Below, one piece after another: positions 11,446-22,752 of a stretch of DNA of 64,000 nt. Within the stretch, counting starts at the first letter, position 1; each line of letters opens with the position of its first letter. The stretch lies in the NCBI GenBank assembly GCA_965113315.1, contig OZ220369.1. The stretch is one strand, 5' to 3'. Made by a program: the position numbers and the translations under genes. The notes under the pieces are model-generated. The model was not told the DNA's origin. It worked only from the letters and a program-made list of their open reading frames with translations, and searched no databases. The stretch is from Podarcis vaucheri (Eukaryota).

Positions 11446-12250
11446 CCCAAGCACAACGTGGAGATCAAAGGTGCTGTCTAGGTGGATGAAACACCCACAT
11501 TGGCCTGCTTGACCTGTAAATAGGAGAAATGTGGCTTTCCTGAGCTCTCTCCAGCTCAGTTTACTTCTGTAGAACAATTGTCAGGAGGTTGCTGACAGTC
11601 AGATTGGCCAATGAAGATGGGCCACAGCTCCTTAGCGATAAACCCACCCACTGCATTCATCAGATTTGCCAGAGCTAGCAACTCAAGTCTTCAGTGGCCT
11701 CATGTGATGCCAAGGGCAACGCAGCTAGTAAAGACTAAGCAGAGGCTTGACCTCTGAACTCACATACGGGTGGGCAACTTTTTGGGTGAGCGTTCTGCAA
11801 CTCAAAACCACAGGAGGCAGCACTAACTTTGTTGGGTGCTTTTCATAAATTTTGTACCTCGCTTGATTGTTAAAAAAACACACCTCAAAGTGGCTTACAA
11901 AAGAGAGAAAACAAAAAAATTATCAGTAACAACAACAACTCCTTAAAACATTCATAAGATAAAACCAGCAATAAACTAAAAACATATTAGACAAGGCTAA
12001 CCAGACATGTAGAATGTTGCTGTGCGTTTTAAACAAAAATGTTTCTATCAGGCGCCAAAAAGAGCACAGCCAAGTTGCCTGCCTGATAGCAATGGGCAGG
12101 GAGTTCCAGAGGGTAGATGCTGCCACACTTAACTTTAGCATCTTCACGCAGACACGAGGCTTTGTAAGCATTGTTTATATGTGGAAACAGCCGTATGTGG
12201 TTGGAATGACCAGCGTTCAGTGATTTAAGGAGAGTTGTTTTTCCTTGCAG

Positions 12251-12293
12251 GATGGGGACGCACAAGCACTACCCTTTTACCAAGGATGAGTGA
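12251..12293 (+). CDS. AKR1-family last exon (MGTHKHYPFTKDE*)
   Basis: ttgcag acceptor; HxxYPF C-terminal motif; TGA at 12291-12293. Confidence 0.9.
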
Positions 12294-12801
12294 TTCTGCA
12301 AGCAACAGCGCTCACCCCTCCCAGGCTTCAAGGCATGGAAATAATGGAGATGGCTTCTGCATTTTGCATCTAACCAAAGCGAGTTGATTCTGCTCTCCCA
12401 AGGCTGACTGCTCCTTGTCCTCCCTGTGTCTCATGGGGCATAAGTGAAATGAGGACGAGTGATTTGTCTGCAGTGAGATCTGGTGTTTCTGCTTCCGCTG
12501 GGCTTGACCCTGCCCCACTGGCAGAGGAAGGGGGTGCGACAGGTGCGGCCTGCCCTAGGTGTCATCCCTGAGGGGGGTGACATCACCGTGCCACCCTCCT
12601 GGGAGGCTAGCCCCACCCCAAGTAAACAGCTAGCCCCACCTCTGCCCTGCCCCACAAGTTGGAGTTTAAATGCTTGACTTTATATGCACGCTCAGCTTTC
12701 TGCATCGCATCTGCAGTTTGAAAAGTTCTGTATGCTTGGGGTGAGGGAGAATGTTAAGTGTGTTCCATTTTCCCCACTCTGAAAGTTCACTGAATGAAAA
12801 A

Positions 12802-12807
12802 AATAAA
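12802..12807 (+). terminator. Probable polyadenylation signal of the AKR gene
   Basis: AATAAA about 510 nt after the stop, followed by T/GT-rich sequence. Confidence 0.6.
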
Positions 12808-12881
12808 AATATTTCCCCATAGTACGATTACACGAGTCTTGTGACTTATTTGCAACTTCACTTTATTTCTGATTTGTAATT

Positions 12882-13124
12882 TGTTAAGTTGTGGGTGAAC
12901 ATATCAGACGACACAGCGATTCTTCAAACAGCTCTTGTTTATTCAGAGGCCAGAACAGAACTGAACTGAAGGGTTTAGTCAGCCTGCTTATATAGAGCTC
13001 CAGTACCACGTAACTGTAACAATTTTCTAAAACTATCCGATCACTGAACATCACTTTCGATCCCTTATTTGCATAACTACAGTATCCCCCTGCTGGCCCA
13101 GGGTGAGAACTTCAGTACATAACA
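12882..13124 (-). mobile_element. Solo LTR, about 243 bp
   Basis: tgtta...taaca ends; near-TSD taatt/taata; TATA-like tatataag and AATAAA on the minus strand. Confidence 0.65.
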
Positions 13125-13156
13125 TAATACTGAATTATTTGACTTTTCATGTCAAT

Positions 13157-13365
13157 GTGCAAGTAGATAAATAGGTACCGCTCCAGCGGGAAGGTAAACG
13201 GCGTTTCCGTGCGCTGCTCTGGCTCACCAGAAGCAGCTTAGTCCTGCTGGCCACATGACCCAGAAGCAGCACACCGGCTCCCTCGGCCAAGAAAGCGAGA
13301 TGAGCTCCACAACCCCAGAGTCGGTCAGGACTGGACCTCATGGTCAGGGGTCCCTTTACCTTTAT
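13157..13365 (+). mobile_element. Sauria SINE, 5'-truncated
   Basis: aagtagataaataggtaccgct core and accttt-type tail. Confidence 0.85.
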
Positions 13366-14960
13366 TTGTAGAGTTTAGAGATTTAACTTGAAGCTAAAGC
13401 AGGTATGATTGCTGTGGACTGAGTCTCGGACCCTTTACAGAACTTGTAGCCAACGCCTCAGTCTAAAAGGCATTATCAGTGTTCGGAAGGACTGGCTTCC
13501 ATATAGCGGAAGCTGCAGCCACAAGCATAAATGTCAAGGCATAGGAGCAGAACTGTTGCTCCACACATCCAGCAGGGCTTTGACCATTTATGCAGCCAAG
13601 GACCAATGCTGAGCTGGGAAAAGGGGCTGTGGTCATATGTTCATTTAAATAGTGTAAATGGCAGGGTTGGAGGTGCCTGTTCAATAGCAAGTTTGAAACC
13701 ATGCTCTTTTCTGTACTGTGCTGGGACAAGCAATCCTTTGTGAGGAAGTAATGAAGAAGAATTGCAGCCTTTGCTTCTCCCCGTCCTTTTATCAAAGGCA
13801 GCCTGGGATGTTGAACGTACCTCCAACTGCAGCCTTTGTGGTTCTTGCTTAGGGCAACACTGCCTCCTAACGTTGCTAAGCAGTACTTGACTTTGCTTAC
13901 AGTGGACCCCAGTCCAAACAGCAGATGGCCTGTTACAAACCAAGGTCTGCTGCTGCCAGAAATAGTAGCCCCTGGGCCAAGTTCAGTGTTCGAAACTCCC
14001 ATTGTTCTAGGCACATTTTGCAACAGGGAATTTCATTAGCACGAGCAATTTGAGCTCTGGGCGCAGAACTGTGCCTAACATTTCGGATTTAAACTGCAGA
14101 GTGGAAGGAGGACTTGTTTTTTGCCTCCCTACTTCCAGCTACTCTCTGAAGACAGGAGAAGAGACCCTCTTAAGAATATTAGGGGTGGGCAGGTGAAGGA
14201 CCAGAACATGTGAAAAATGAACGTAATGTTTTAGCTGCAGTTCATTCCTTTTCAGCTTTGTATATAAAAAAAGAGCAGCTAGACATTCCATTGTTACACT
14301 CATAACCTAGGTTGAAGGTGCCAATTAGCTGCTAGCTTTCATATCTCAGTTTCTAACACTGGTCAAGTTCTTCCCTCTCCTCTCCCTAACATTTAATGCC
14401 ATCGTGTCATCTATTTTCCTATCAATTTGCGTCACAACATTGAACGGTCTAAGATCATTTGTACTAGAGAAATGGGAAGCAGGGGACTTTCCCCGGGGCT
14501 GGTGTTGATGTCTCTGGGAAGCTGTGATTCTGCCTGATATCTTTTGAAATGCCACTGGTTGCTCACGGTGCAGTGTGTGCTTAAATCATGTCCACGCCAT
14601 GAGTAAGACTTAGTGCTCTACTTTGCCTCGATCCTGCTTGGTGTCTCTGTTCAAGTGCTGAAGAATGCAGTGCTATCATCTGCAAACTCCACACCTCCTT
14701 TGTCCACAAAGAAGTCTGAATTTGGTTCCCGATGCACAGACCAGCTGATGCATTCAACCTGTGCAAAGTCAGTTCACTTGCAGGAGTTTGCAGTAATTAC
14801 TGGATACAGACCCAAACAAGCCAGAAATTCCAGCCTCAGTTTTGCTTTTGTGTTTTTTGAAAGTACACTCGAGGGGTGACTCAAAGCAGGAACTGTGTGA
14901 ATGGGAGAAGGTTCAAGCTTGCTGGTGAGAGACCGAACTCAAAACATTGGTTCAATTTAG

Positions 14961-14966
14961 TTTATT
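14961..14966 (-). terminator. Probable polyadenylation signal of C2orf42
   Basis: AATAAA on the minus strand about 390 nt after the stop. Confidence 0.55.
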
Positions 14967-15358
14967 GTAGAAATATATTGCAAAATATGCCAGTAAGGGG
15001 ATAGTAATTAGCCAAGGCAGCCGAGCACCTGGACACTCTGCTCCACCCTCACCTGTAATCTGTCAACTGTGCAAAATAGGGTGGCGGAAAAAAACAGCAA
15101 TCACAGGTGAATCTCAGAGTAGAAGTGGAGAGTGCATGAATTAATTTTGTCCCAAGAAGCGACTGAAAATGCTGTTTGAAAGGAAAGAGGCAGAAGTTTC
15201 TAGTGCAGCTGCTTACAAAGAAGTGGGTAGTGAAGCCCCGCTGCATTCCGGCTCCTGGCGCGTTCCCCAGTCAAACGGCTAATTGATACCCGCAAAGTCT
15301 GACCAGCTACAGGGCAGGGGTTGTGCAAACCAAGCTGTGCAAGAACTGCATGATGAGT

Positions 15359-15567
15359 TCAAGGGAAGGTGATGGTGGCGAGAGGCATAAGCTCCAGCGT
15401 CTGTTCGAGCGAAGTGCGCTGCTCCTGGTAGTCGGTGGTGTGACCATTTCTGTAGTGGCCATATTCAAACTTAATCCTCAGTTCACCAATTTTCGACTGG
15501 GGGAGGATATCTGGAATCCACTCAATGATGAAAGGTGTCGGTTCCTTCTGATCAGGGGATGTGTTGC
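15359..15567 (-). CDS. C2orf42: C2orf42 last coding exon ([37 protein letters not shown]...TITFP*)
   Basis: ccag acceptor; stop ends at 15359. Confidence 0.95.
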
Positions 15568-15748
15568 CTGGGAGGAAGGAAGCCAGAAAGAGGAGAGGAG
15601 CACTTTGGACCTTCTTTCCCCATTGTGTGTGAAAAAAAACAAGTTTCTCCAAGAGGAGGGTTGGATTCGCTTCCAACTCTACAAATCTGTGAGCTGGTGG
15701 GAAAAGAAGGCTCCTTTGAGGTGCAAAGGGGTCAGCTTATACACCTAC

Positions 15749-15911
15749 CGACTTTCAGGAAGGTTTTCAACTCCAGAGGCCGGAGGACTGGCTGCTTCTC
15801 CAAGCGCCCGTAAGTATCTGGGATGCTCTCCACCTCAACTTTGGGGCACTTAAAGGGCTCATAGGTGCCATCCTGGTTCTGGATGAAGCTGCGTGTTATT
15901 TTCAGAGGCAT
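15749..15911 (-). CDS. C2orf42: C2orf42 coding exon 7 ([27 protein letters not shown]...LKTFLKV)
   Basis: Splice sites present; 163 nt. Confidence 0.95.
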
Positions 15912-16063
15912 CTGGGAAGAGGAGTTGGGAAGAAGAGATGAAAACACAGGATTTATGAACAAGCAAATGAGAGCAGCATCCCTCTGCAAGTGGCCCTTTA
16001 TAAGCCCAGAGTTTGATCCTCACCCTGCAGAAACCAGGATGCCAAAGTTCTGGGAGTTGAGTC

Positions 16064-17080
16064 AGAACCTAAGAAAAGCCTCGCTGGAACAGGCCAGTGG
16101 CCCATCTAGTCCAACATTCTGTTCTCACAGTGGCCAACCAGATGCCTGTGGAACCCTGCAAGCAGGATTTGAGCACAAAAACTCCCCTCCTGTAGTTTCC
16201 AGCAATTGGTACAGTGGTACCCCGCAAGACGAATGCCTCGCAAGACGGAAAACCCGCAAGACGAAAGGGTTTTCTGTTTTGGAGGCGCTTCGCAAGACGA
16301 ATTTCCCTATGGGCTTGCTTCGCAAGAAGAAAGCCCATAGGGAAATCTCCGGGGACCTGTTTTAAATTGCTGGCGGTCGGGAGCAAAGACTTTCGCCCAC
16401 AGCTGGCCTTCAGAAGAGGTCCTGGACCTCTTCTGAAGGCCGGCGGGGGGCAAAAGTCTTTGCTCCCCCCGCCTGCCTTCCCGGGACAGTGGAGACTTCT
16501 CCGCTGCCCCGGGCGATCTTAAAATGCTGGCGGGCGGGAGCGAAGCGTTCGCTGCCGCCCGCCAGCATTTTAAAATCGCCCCGGGACAGCGGAGGCTTCG
16601 CTCCCGCCCGCCAGCATTTTAAAATCGCCCCGGGACAGCAGGGGCTTTTAAAATGCTGGCGGTCGGCAGCAAAGCCCTCCTGTCCCCGGAGCTTGCGGGG
16701 CGGGAGGTGGGAAGAAGGGCTTTTCTTCCCACCGCCAGCCTCCAGAACAGCCTTCTGAAGGCTGGCAGTGGGAAGAAAAGCCCTTGTTCCCCCCCCCAGC
16801 CTTCGGAAGAGGTCGGGGGACAGACTGTCCCCGGACCTGGTCTGAAGGCGGTTTCCCTAGGAACGCATTGATTGATTTTCAATGCATTCCTATGGGAAAC
16901 CGTGCTTCGCAAGACGAAAAACTCGCAAGAAGAAAAAACTTGCAGAACGAATTAATTTCGTCTTGCGAGGCACCACTGTATTCGGCTGCATTGCTGCCTC
17001 CGACTGTGGAGGCAGAGTCGAGCCATCAGGGCTAGCAGCCACCAGGAGTCCTCCCCTCCATGAATTTCTCTAACCCTCTT
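16064..17080 (-). mobile_element. CR1-type 3' fragment split by the MITE at 16212-16978
   Basis: gctgga..caggccagtggcccatctagtcc motif continues after 16980; related copies near 25500, 32060-32365, 53435-53740 and 57590-57900. Confidence 0.6.
16212..16978 (+). mobile_element. Tc1/mariner-superfamily non-autonomous element (767 bp) with fold-back GC-rich interior
   Basis: TIRs cagtggtaccccgcaagacgaa/ttcgtcttgcgaggcaccactg, TA TSD, subterminal cgcaagacg repeats. Confidence 0.88.
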
Positions 17081-17302
17081 CCATAATCATCACAACCAGT
17101 AGATCATAAGAGAATTATTCTAGGAAGCTCATCCTAACCCCCAAAGGCCAGTTCCCCCAACTTTTAATCCCAGGATGCAACATAAAATGCTATGCCTAGC
17201 ACTGGCACTTCCTCCCCAACCCCCCCAATGAATGCCCTCCCATCTTTTCACATAACAGAGAAAAACCGTAGACAAGAGGAGCAAGGGGGGGGGGTGTCTT
17301 AC

Positions 17303-17403
17303 CTCAAGGGTATCAAAGATCTGTTTGACTTGCAAGATGTTTGTGATGTGCCACGTATATTTGGAAAAGGTGCCCAGGGGCAAAGCATCTTTCCGGACAA
17401 AAG
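17303..17403 (-). CDS. C2orf42: C2orf42 coding exon 6 ([33 protein letters not shown])
   Basis: Splice sites present; 101 nt. Confidence 0.95.
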
Positions 17404-17832
17404 CTGGAAAGGAACAAGCCCGTCAAGGTGGTGTGATGGCAGCCACATTCCTCCTCCTGTGGCCAACTCCAATGGCAGAGGGAGCCAACACGGCACCCTC
17501 AAGCTGCTGCTCCCTACAATTCCCATCATTCCTGATCTTTGGCCACGCTGGCCGAGAGCGATGGAAGGTGGCGTCCAACAACGCCTGGAGGGAATCTGTT
17601 GGCTATCCCTTTCACATGGTGTTGAGAAAGGAGACGAAATGTGATCTCAAGGGAGTCACAGAAACAGATGAGTTGTAGAGTTGGAAGGGACCACAAGGGT
17701 CACAATCACTGTGGCATAAAGTTCTTCTGAGGCCACAAGGAGAGGCTGTGCAGAGAGACCTTTCAGCTCTGCAGCATGCACTCACAAGGGACTGGTCCCC
17801 TTCAGCTGCTGCTCCCACTGTCCCTGAGAGTT

Positions 17833-18610
17833 CATAGAATTTTAGAGGTGGAAGGAGACCTAAAGCAGGCTTCCTCAACCTCGGCCCTCCAGATGTTTTG
17901 AGACTACAGTTCCCATCATCCCTGACCGCTGGTCCTGCTAGCTAGGGATCATGGGAGTTGTAGGCCAAAAAACATCTGGAGGGCTGAGGTTGAGGAAGCC
18001 TGACCTAAAGGGTCATCTAGTCTAAGCCCCTGCAAGGCAGGAATCGCAGCTAAAGAATCCCTGACAGGTGGCCATCTGACCTCTGCTTAGAAACCTCCTG
18101 TGAAAGAGAGTCTATCAGCTTCCTAGTGAGTCAGTCTCACTGTCTTACAACTAGAAAGTTCTTCCTAATGTTTAGTCAGAATCTTGTTATTTGAATCCAC
18201 TAGTTCTGGTCCTCTCCTCTGTAAAAAGGAGAGGAGCACAGCAAAAAACAACAACCACTTGGCGCCACCTTCCATGGGACAGCTCTCCACATATTTGAAG
18301 ATGGCTCTCATATCACCCCTCAGCCTTGCCTTCTCCAGGCTAAACATCCCCAGCTCCCTCAACCGTTCCTCACAAGGCCTGGTTTCCAGACCCCTGACCC
18401 TCTTGGTCACCTTCCTCTGCACACCTTCCAGCCGGTCAATATCCTTCTTAAATTGCGGTGCCCAGAACTGGACACAGGACCCCAGGTGGGGTCTGACCAA
18501 GGCAGAATAAAACAGTGCTATCGCTTCTCTTGATCTACTTCTGCTGCAGCAGCCTAGAACAGTATTAGCTTCTGTTGCTGCTGCATCACACTGCTGACTC
18601 ATGTTAAGCT
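17833..18610 (-). mobile_element. CR1 LINE 3' fragment (ORF2 C-terminus)
   Basis: ORF 18165-18602 encodes [18 protein letters not shown]...LEGVQR...[15 protein letters not shown], typical of CR1. Confidence 0.9.
17866..18002. mobile_element. 137-bp palindromic hAT MITE inserted in CR1
   Basis: TIR caggcttcctcaacct; perfect 8-bp TSD acctaaag. Confidence 0.92.
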
Positions 18611-18712
18611 TTCTTGTGCCTCAATACAGCCTTTCTATTACAAGTCAGCATCAATGTGCAGCTAATATCCCAAGTGGCTTCCCACAGAAAAGATGCTCTA
18701 AAGGTTGTGTAC

Positions 18713-18820
18713 CTGTGGTCGAATTTGGCATCCGCTTCTTGATGCTTCCAACAGAAATCCTCTGCTGGAGAGCCTCAAAGAAAGCCTGGGGGATGTGGAA
18801 CACCAGTGGCTCTGGTTTGC
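18713..18820 (-). CDS. C2orf42: C2orf42 coding exon 5 ([22 protein letters not shown]...PNSTT)
   Basis: Splice sites present; 108 nt. Confidence 0.95.
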
Positions 18821-19747
18821 CTGGGTAAAAACATGCACAAGTGAAGAAATGCTTTTGAGAGGAGCAATATAATTATGTTTAGACATTTCAGCAAGGACCA
18901 AGGCTCAAGCTAGATCATAAAAAAGGAAGGCCGGGAGAAACCTATTGAGGTGAAAACTCTTGAAATAATTCACAAAGATAACCAGAGAGGAGGTTGGAGC
19001 TGTAGGAGTGAAAGAGAGAAAAAACTTCACAGCTATGGGATAGCTATGTAGGATTTCCTCTGGGTGAATATTTTGTGGGCAGCCAGGGAACAGATGGAGA
19101 CTGATGTGTGTGAGAGAGCCCAGCCACCCCAAATTTCTGATATATGGGGCAGTTTTTATCAGTTAGTCCAATTCTCTTCTATGCTCAAACACTTACATAT
19201 ATATTTTATTGACTGGCTCCTAGAGTTAGCAGGCATTCTGCTTGCAACTGCCCAGGTGAAGTGATGGGAAGTCCTGGCCAAAGTGAGGTGTTCTGCTTTG
19301 TGCATAAAAACTGCATGAATGGCTGCTTGGGGGTGGACAAGCCATTTCCTTGCTGCAGTGTCGGTCCTGCGCCTGTAAAGGCTGGGAGATCAGTCAGGCT
19401 GGTTTGCACTAAGTGTGCACAATTCTTTAATGAAGCACTAGAACTGGCCGTTTTGATGTTTTTGACATCCTTCTTTGGTACTCCTGCACCCAACCACTCC
19501 CACAAGTCCTCTTTTGGGTCTGCAGTTCACAACAGCACTATGTTCAGCTGGGAACCAGGAGTGCCACTATAGACTGAGTTTGTGACTCCAGAAAGCAGTA
19601 TAGGAGTACAGGAGGAGGTTCTTGATTGGCTCCAGTCAATCAACCTTGTCTAGATTTGGTTTCTGCTGCTGCCAGTTTATTTGTGCCCAGTGTGTAAATT
19701 AAACATAGTGAGAGGGCTTCTCTGCCAGTTTCATTTAGCCATAAATG

Positions 19748-19778
<31 letters not shown>

Positions 19779-19967
19779 CCTAAGAAATTAACAGTGTCGA
19801 GTGCAACCTGACACCAATCATATCAGTCCCATCTGAGTGCTACTGGAGAATAGCCTTACGCAGACAAAAGCCACTTACACAAGACACTGCAGGGTATTCC
19901 ATCCGATGATCCTCTTATAATATGAACAAGGATTCAAGGGATAAAGGTGAGGTCAAAGGAGACTTAC

Positions 19968-20072
19968 CGTCAAACTGGTAATGCATAGCTTGGTGGATGC
20001 GTTCAGTGACGCTGGCCAACCACTCTTGGAAGGACAAGGTTACTTGTGATTCATCCAGCAGCTGACTGCAAG
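19968..20072 (-). CDS. C2orf42: C2orf42 coding exon 4 ([34 protein letters not shown])
   Basis: Splice sites present; 105 nt. Confidence 0.95.
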
Positions 20073-20961
20073 CTGAGGAAAAGGAAAACTCTTAACCTAA
20101 GAACATCAGGCCAACGGCCACCTAGTCCAGCCTCCTGGCTCACAGTGGCCAAGCAGCTGCCTCTTTTGGGAAACCTGCAAGCAGGACCTGAACCACAGCT
20201 GTCAACTTTTCCCTTTTCTTGCGAGGAATGCTATTCAGAATAAGGGAATTTCCCTTAAAAAGGGGGAAATGTTGACAGCTATGACCTGAACACAACAGCA
20301 CTCTCCCCTCCAATTGGAGAACAGCCTCTACTAAAGGCCTCGTAAAGAAGCACAAATTCAGGAACAAAGGGAGAAAAAAACTAAGAGGAAGGTACGTTTG
20401 GCAAATCCTCACTGCAATCAACTCCCACCCGGAAATCTATGTCCCCACTGTGGAAGGATGCGCGGATCCAGAATTGGCCTCCACAGCCATTTACAGACAC
20501 ACCCCTAAGACTGCGTTCATGGAAGACAATCTTACTCGGTCACAAGTACTCACCAAGAGACAATCTAAAAATATGTGAATGACACAAAAGGAAAAAGGGT
20601 TGGAGAGGAGAAAGAAAACAAGCAAACATAGGCACTCAACTATTAATGTTACAAAGTTCTTATAATGACCAACTTTCACTTTAGGATGCTCAGAATTTTA
20701 AGAGAGACAAGGTCAGTGCTGAGGTTTCACGTCTTTAATTTCTTATATTAATTTCTTTCCTCATGGAGAGGGAAGGGAGTGTGATACAGTTCCCCAGACA
20801 TGCATATAAGGCAGGAAGACCGAAAAGCTGAAGGAACTAAAGAAGACAGCTGGAAAATAGAGTGTAGGCTGAGCAAAACTGGCCTTTTGTGGAAAACCCT
20901 CTCAGTCCATTTCTGCTTTGCGTTCCTTGCAGCTTGCCGAGCCGGCAGAAAGAAAACTCAC

Positions 20962-21063
20962 CTTGCCTTTTCAGTGAAGCAACTGTTGGCTTTTTCAATC
21001 CACTTTTGCGCAGGTTTGTGTTTGCCACGTCTTGAGACAAGAGGGGGCTACTTGCTTGTGTGC
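20962..21063 (-). CDS. C2orf42: C2orf42 coding exon 3 (TQASSPLLSQDVANTNLRKSGLKKPTVASLKRQ)
   Basis: Splice sites present; 102 nt. Confidence 0.9.
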
Positions 21064-21314
21064 CTTAAAAGTAAAAGTTGAAACAGCTTTAGAATGAGTA
21101 GCACTGGGAAAGCGAAGATGGTGCCTGCCAGATGTTGCTGAACTACAACTCCCATCATTCCCAGCTGGTCCAGTCAGGGCGATGAGAGTTGTAGTCCACA
21201 ATGTCTGGAGGATATTGCATTGGTGACCCCAGAATAGGACATTTAAAATGCTTCCCATGGCTCTCTTCTAATTGTGGAAGTATGTCTCCAAGCCACACAG
21301 GACTCAATGAAGGC

Positions 21315-21315
<1 letters not shown>

Positions 21316-21366
<51 letters not shown>
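21316..21366 (+). repeat. (TAA)n microsatellite
   Basis: Direct reading. Confidence 0.9.
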
Positions 21367-21522
21367 TCTTTATTGTCATTGCCCCCTCTAGCACTAGAAC
21401 AAGTGCTGCTAGTAGCTATGATGATCTCTGAAAGGCAAACTCTGCACTATGGATGCAGGTAAGAGTCATCCACATCAAAATGGAACATGTAACACAAACA
21501 AGTCAAAAATTAATATTCTCAC

Positions 21523-21633
21523 CCATTCCTTCATCTTTTTTCCTCTTTTTGGCCTTGGAGGCAGCAGCCTCTCCAGAGCTCAAAGCGGATTCAGGCTGAC
21601 AGAGAAGCTGGGCTCCTACTGTTGACTTCAGAC
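21523..21633 (-). CDS. C2orf42: C2orf42 coding exon 2 (LKSTVGAQ...SKAKKRKKDEGM; NLS-like)
   Basis: Splice sites present; 111 nt. Confidence 0.9.
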
Positions 21634-21929
21634 CTGGAGTTGCAGGAGAGAAGAGGTTGAAGGTTTGAGTCTTCACTCTGTGTTTCTCCTCGTAAAATGT
21701 GAGCTTAAATCCGGTGAGCTCCCTTTGCTTCTAAGCCTGCCTACAGGGAATGTCAGTGGTATTCCCAGGGTGAGCTGCAGGGGCCCAGCCCTTCCAAGGT
21801 ATTTCAGTCTGCACACCCACACACCCCACATACAGGCATGGCAGGGGATTCCTTATTTCATGCACTTGGCCTGAGCTGTCTGCTGACCACATCCTTTCAG
21901 CCTCACTCATGTTCTCTGACCTTACCCAC

Positions 21930-22752
21930 CGCTGGAATCATAGCTGAGGAAATCTGCAAACTCCTGGGCCAAGAGATCATCGCTGGCAAAGGCACAGAGG
22001 CAGGCAAAGAAGTGATTGCATTTCTGGCTTGCCTCTTCCTTAGCAGAAGCTGCCTTGCTGGACTTCAGCGACTGGCAGGAGCAGAGGAAGCGGTGCTCCG
22101 CCCTGCTCTTGTGGCCAGCCTTGTGGGAGAAGGAGATGTGGAGGTAACCCAAGCTATGCTTCTGGCTGGCTTTGCACTTCACCACTAGGATGTTCTTGGT
22201 AATCCTCTGAACTAGGGGCCCTGTGGACTCCGTGGCCAACTGCCATAAGGTTTGCTTCGTCTCAGCAGAGGCCTGCAACGAGTTCAAGACTGAGCTTTTC
22301 AGGGGCAACGGGGTGGCCTCTGCCTGGCAGTTCACAGCCAGTTTAATGTGCTGGCACTGGTTTTCCACCACCCCTTGTGCAGCCGCCTTCAAACACGATG
22401 GGACGTAGCAGCGCCCAGAGCTGAGCTGTGTGATGATGGTCCCATCTACTGTCTGGATGGTGGTCTCCGAAACTCCCAGCTCCACAAAGCACCGGTACTC
22501 TGGCCCCCTGTCCCTCTGCCGCACTGAATAGACCTGTAGATCAGAGCCAGTGTTGATTTTGACCGCGTCGACACCGGCCTGCTTCCGGGTGCCGTAGCGG
22601 AAGATGGTGCCGCAAGTCTTGTTCTTGCAGCTCAGCCCACGGGTGCCGTTGTAGGTGCCGCACCGGGGGCATTTCCTGATGCCTCTCAGGGTAGCTTTCC
22701 CCAAGTCTGATAAGAAAGCTGGGACTTTACTCCTGGCAGGGTTTGATTCCAT
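21930..22752 (-). CDS. C2orf42: C2orf42 coding exon 1 ([39 protein letters not shown]...YDSS)
   Basis: ORF 21922-22752; acceptor 12 nt upstream of the ATG (exon starts 22764); phase-1 donor after 21930. Confidence 0.96.

Larger units (their letters stand above)
1180..12293 (+). other. Aldo-keto reductase family 1 gene (AKR1B/AKR1E-type exon structure), gene span of exons 2-10; exon 1 not found in window
   Basis: join(1180-1347,2101-2217,4072-4149,4862-4978,5639-5745,7005-7092,10247-10330,11103-11191,12251-12293). All introns are GT-AG and phases are consistent. Exon sizes 168/117/78/117/107/88/84/89/43 parallel AKR1B1. Motifs [22 protein letters not shown] and FDF are present. Confidence 0.93.
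15359..22752 (-). other. C2orf42: C2orf42 homolog, complete CDS span (573 aa; N-terminal treble-clef-type Zn finger, function unknown)
   Basis: join complement(21930-22752,21523-21633,20962-21063,19968-20072,18713-18820,17303-17403,15749-15911,15359-15567) = 1722 nt; all introns GT-AG; closely similar to the recalled human protein. Confidence 0.95.

Noticed and set aside
12291-12800. AKR TGA as selenocysteine
   Set aside because: The stop is at the normal AKR C-terminus and I see no SECIS-like ATGA..AA..GA arrangement in the 3'UTR.
13463-14023. 186-aa minus-strand ORF between AKR and C2orf42
   Set aside because: No recognisable domain, splice structure or promoter.
15323-15853. 176-aa plus-strand ORF
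   Set aside because: Antisense shadow of C2orf42 exons.
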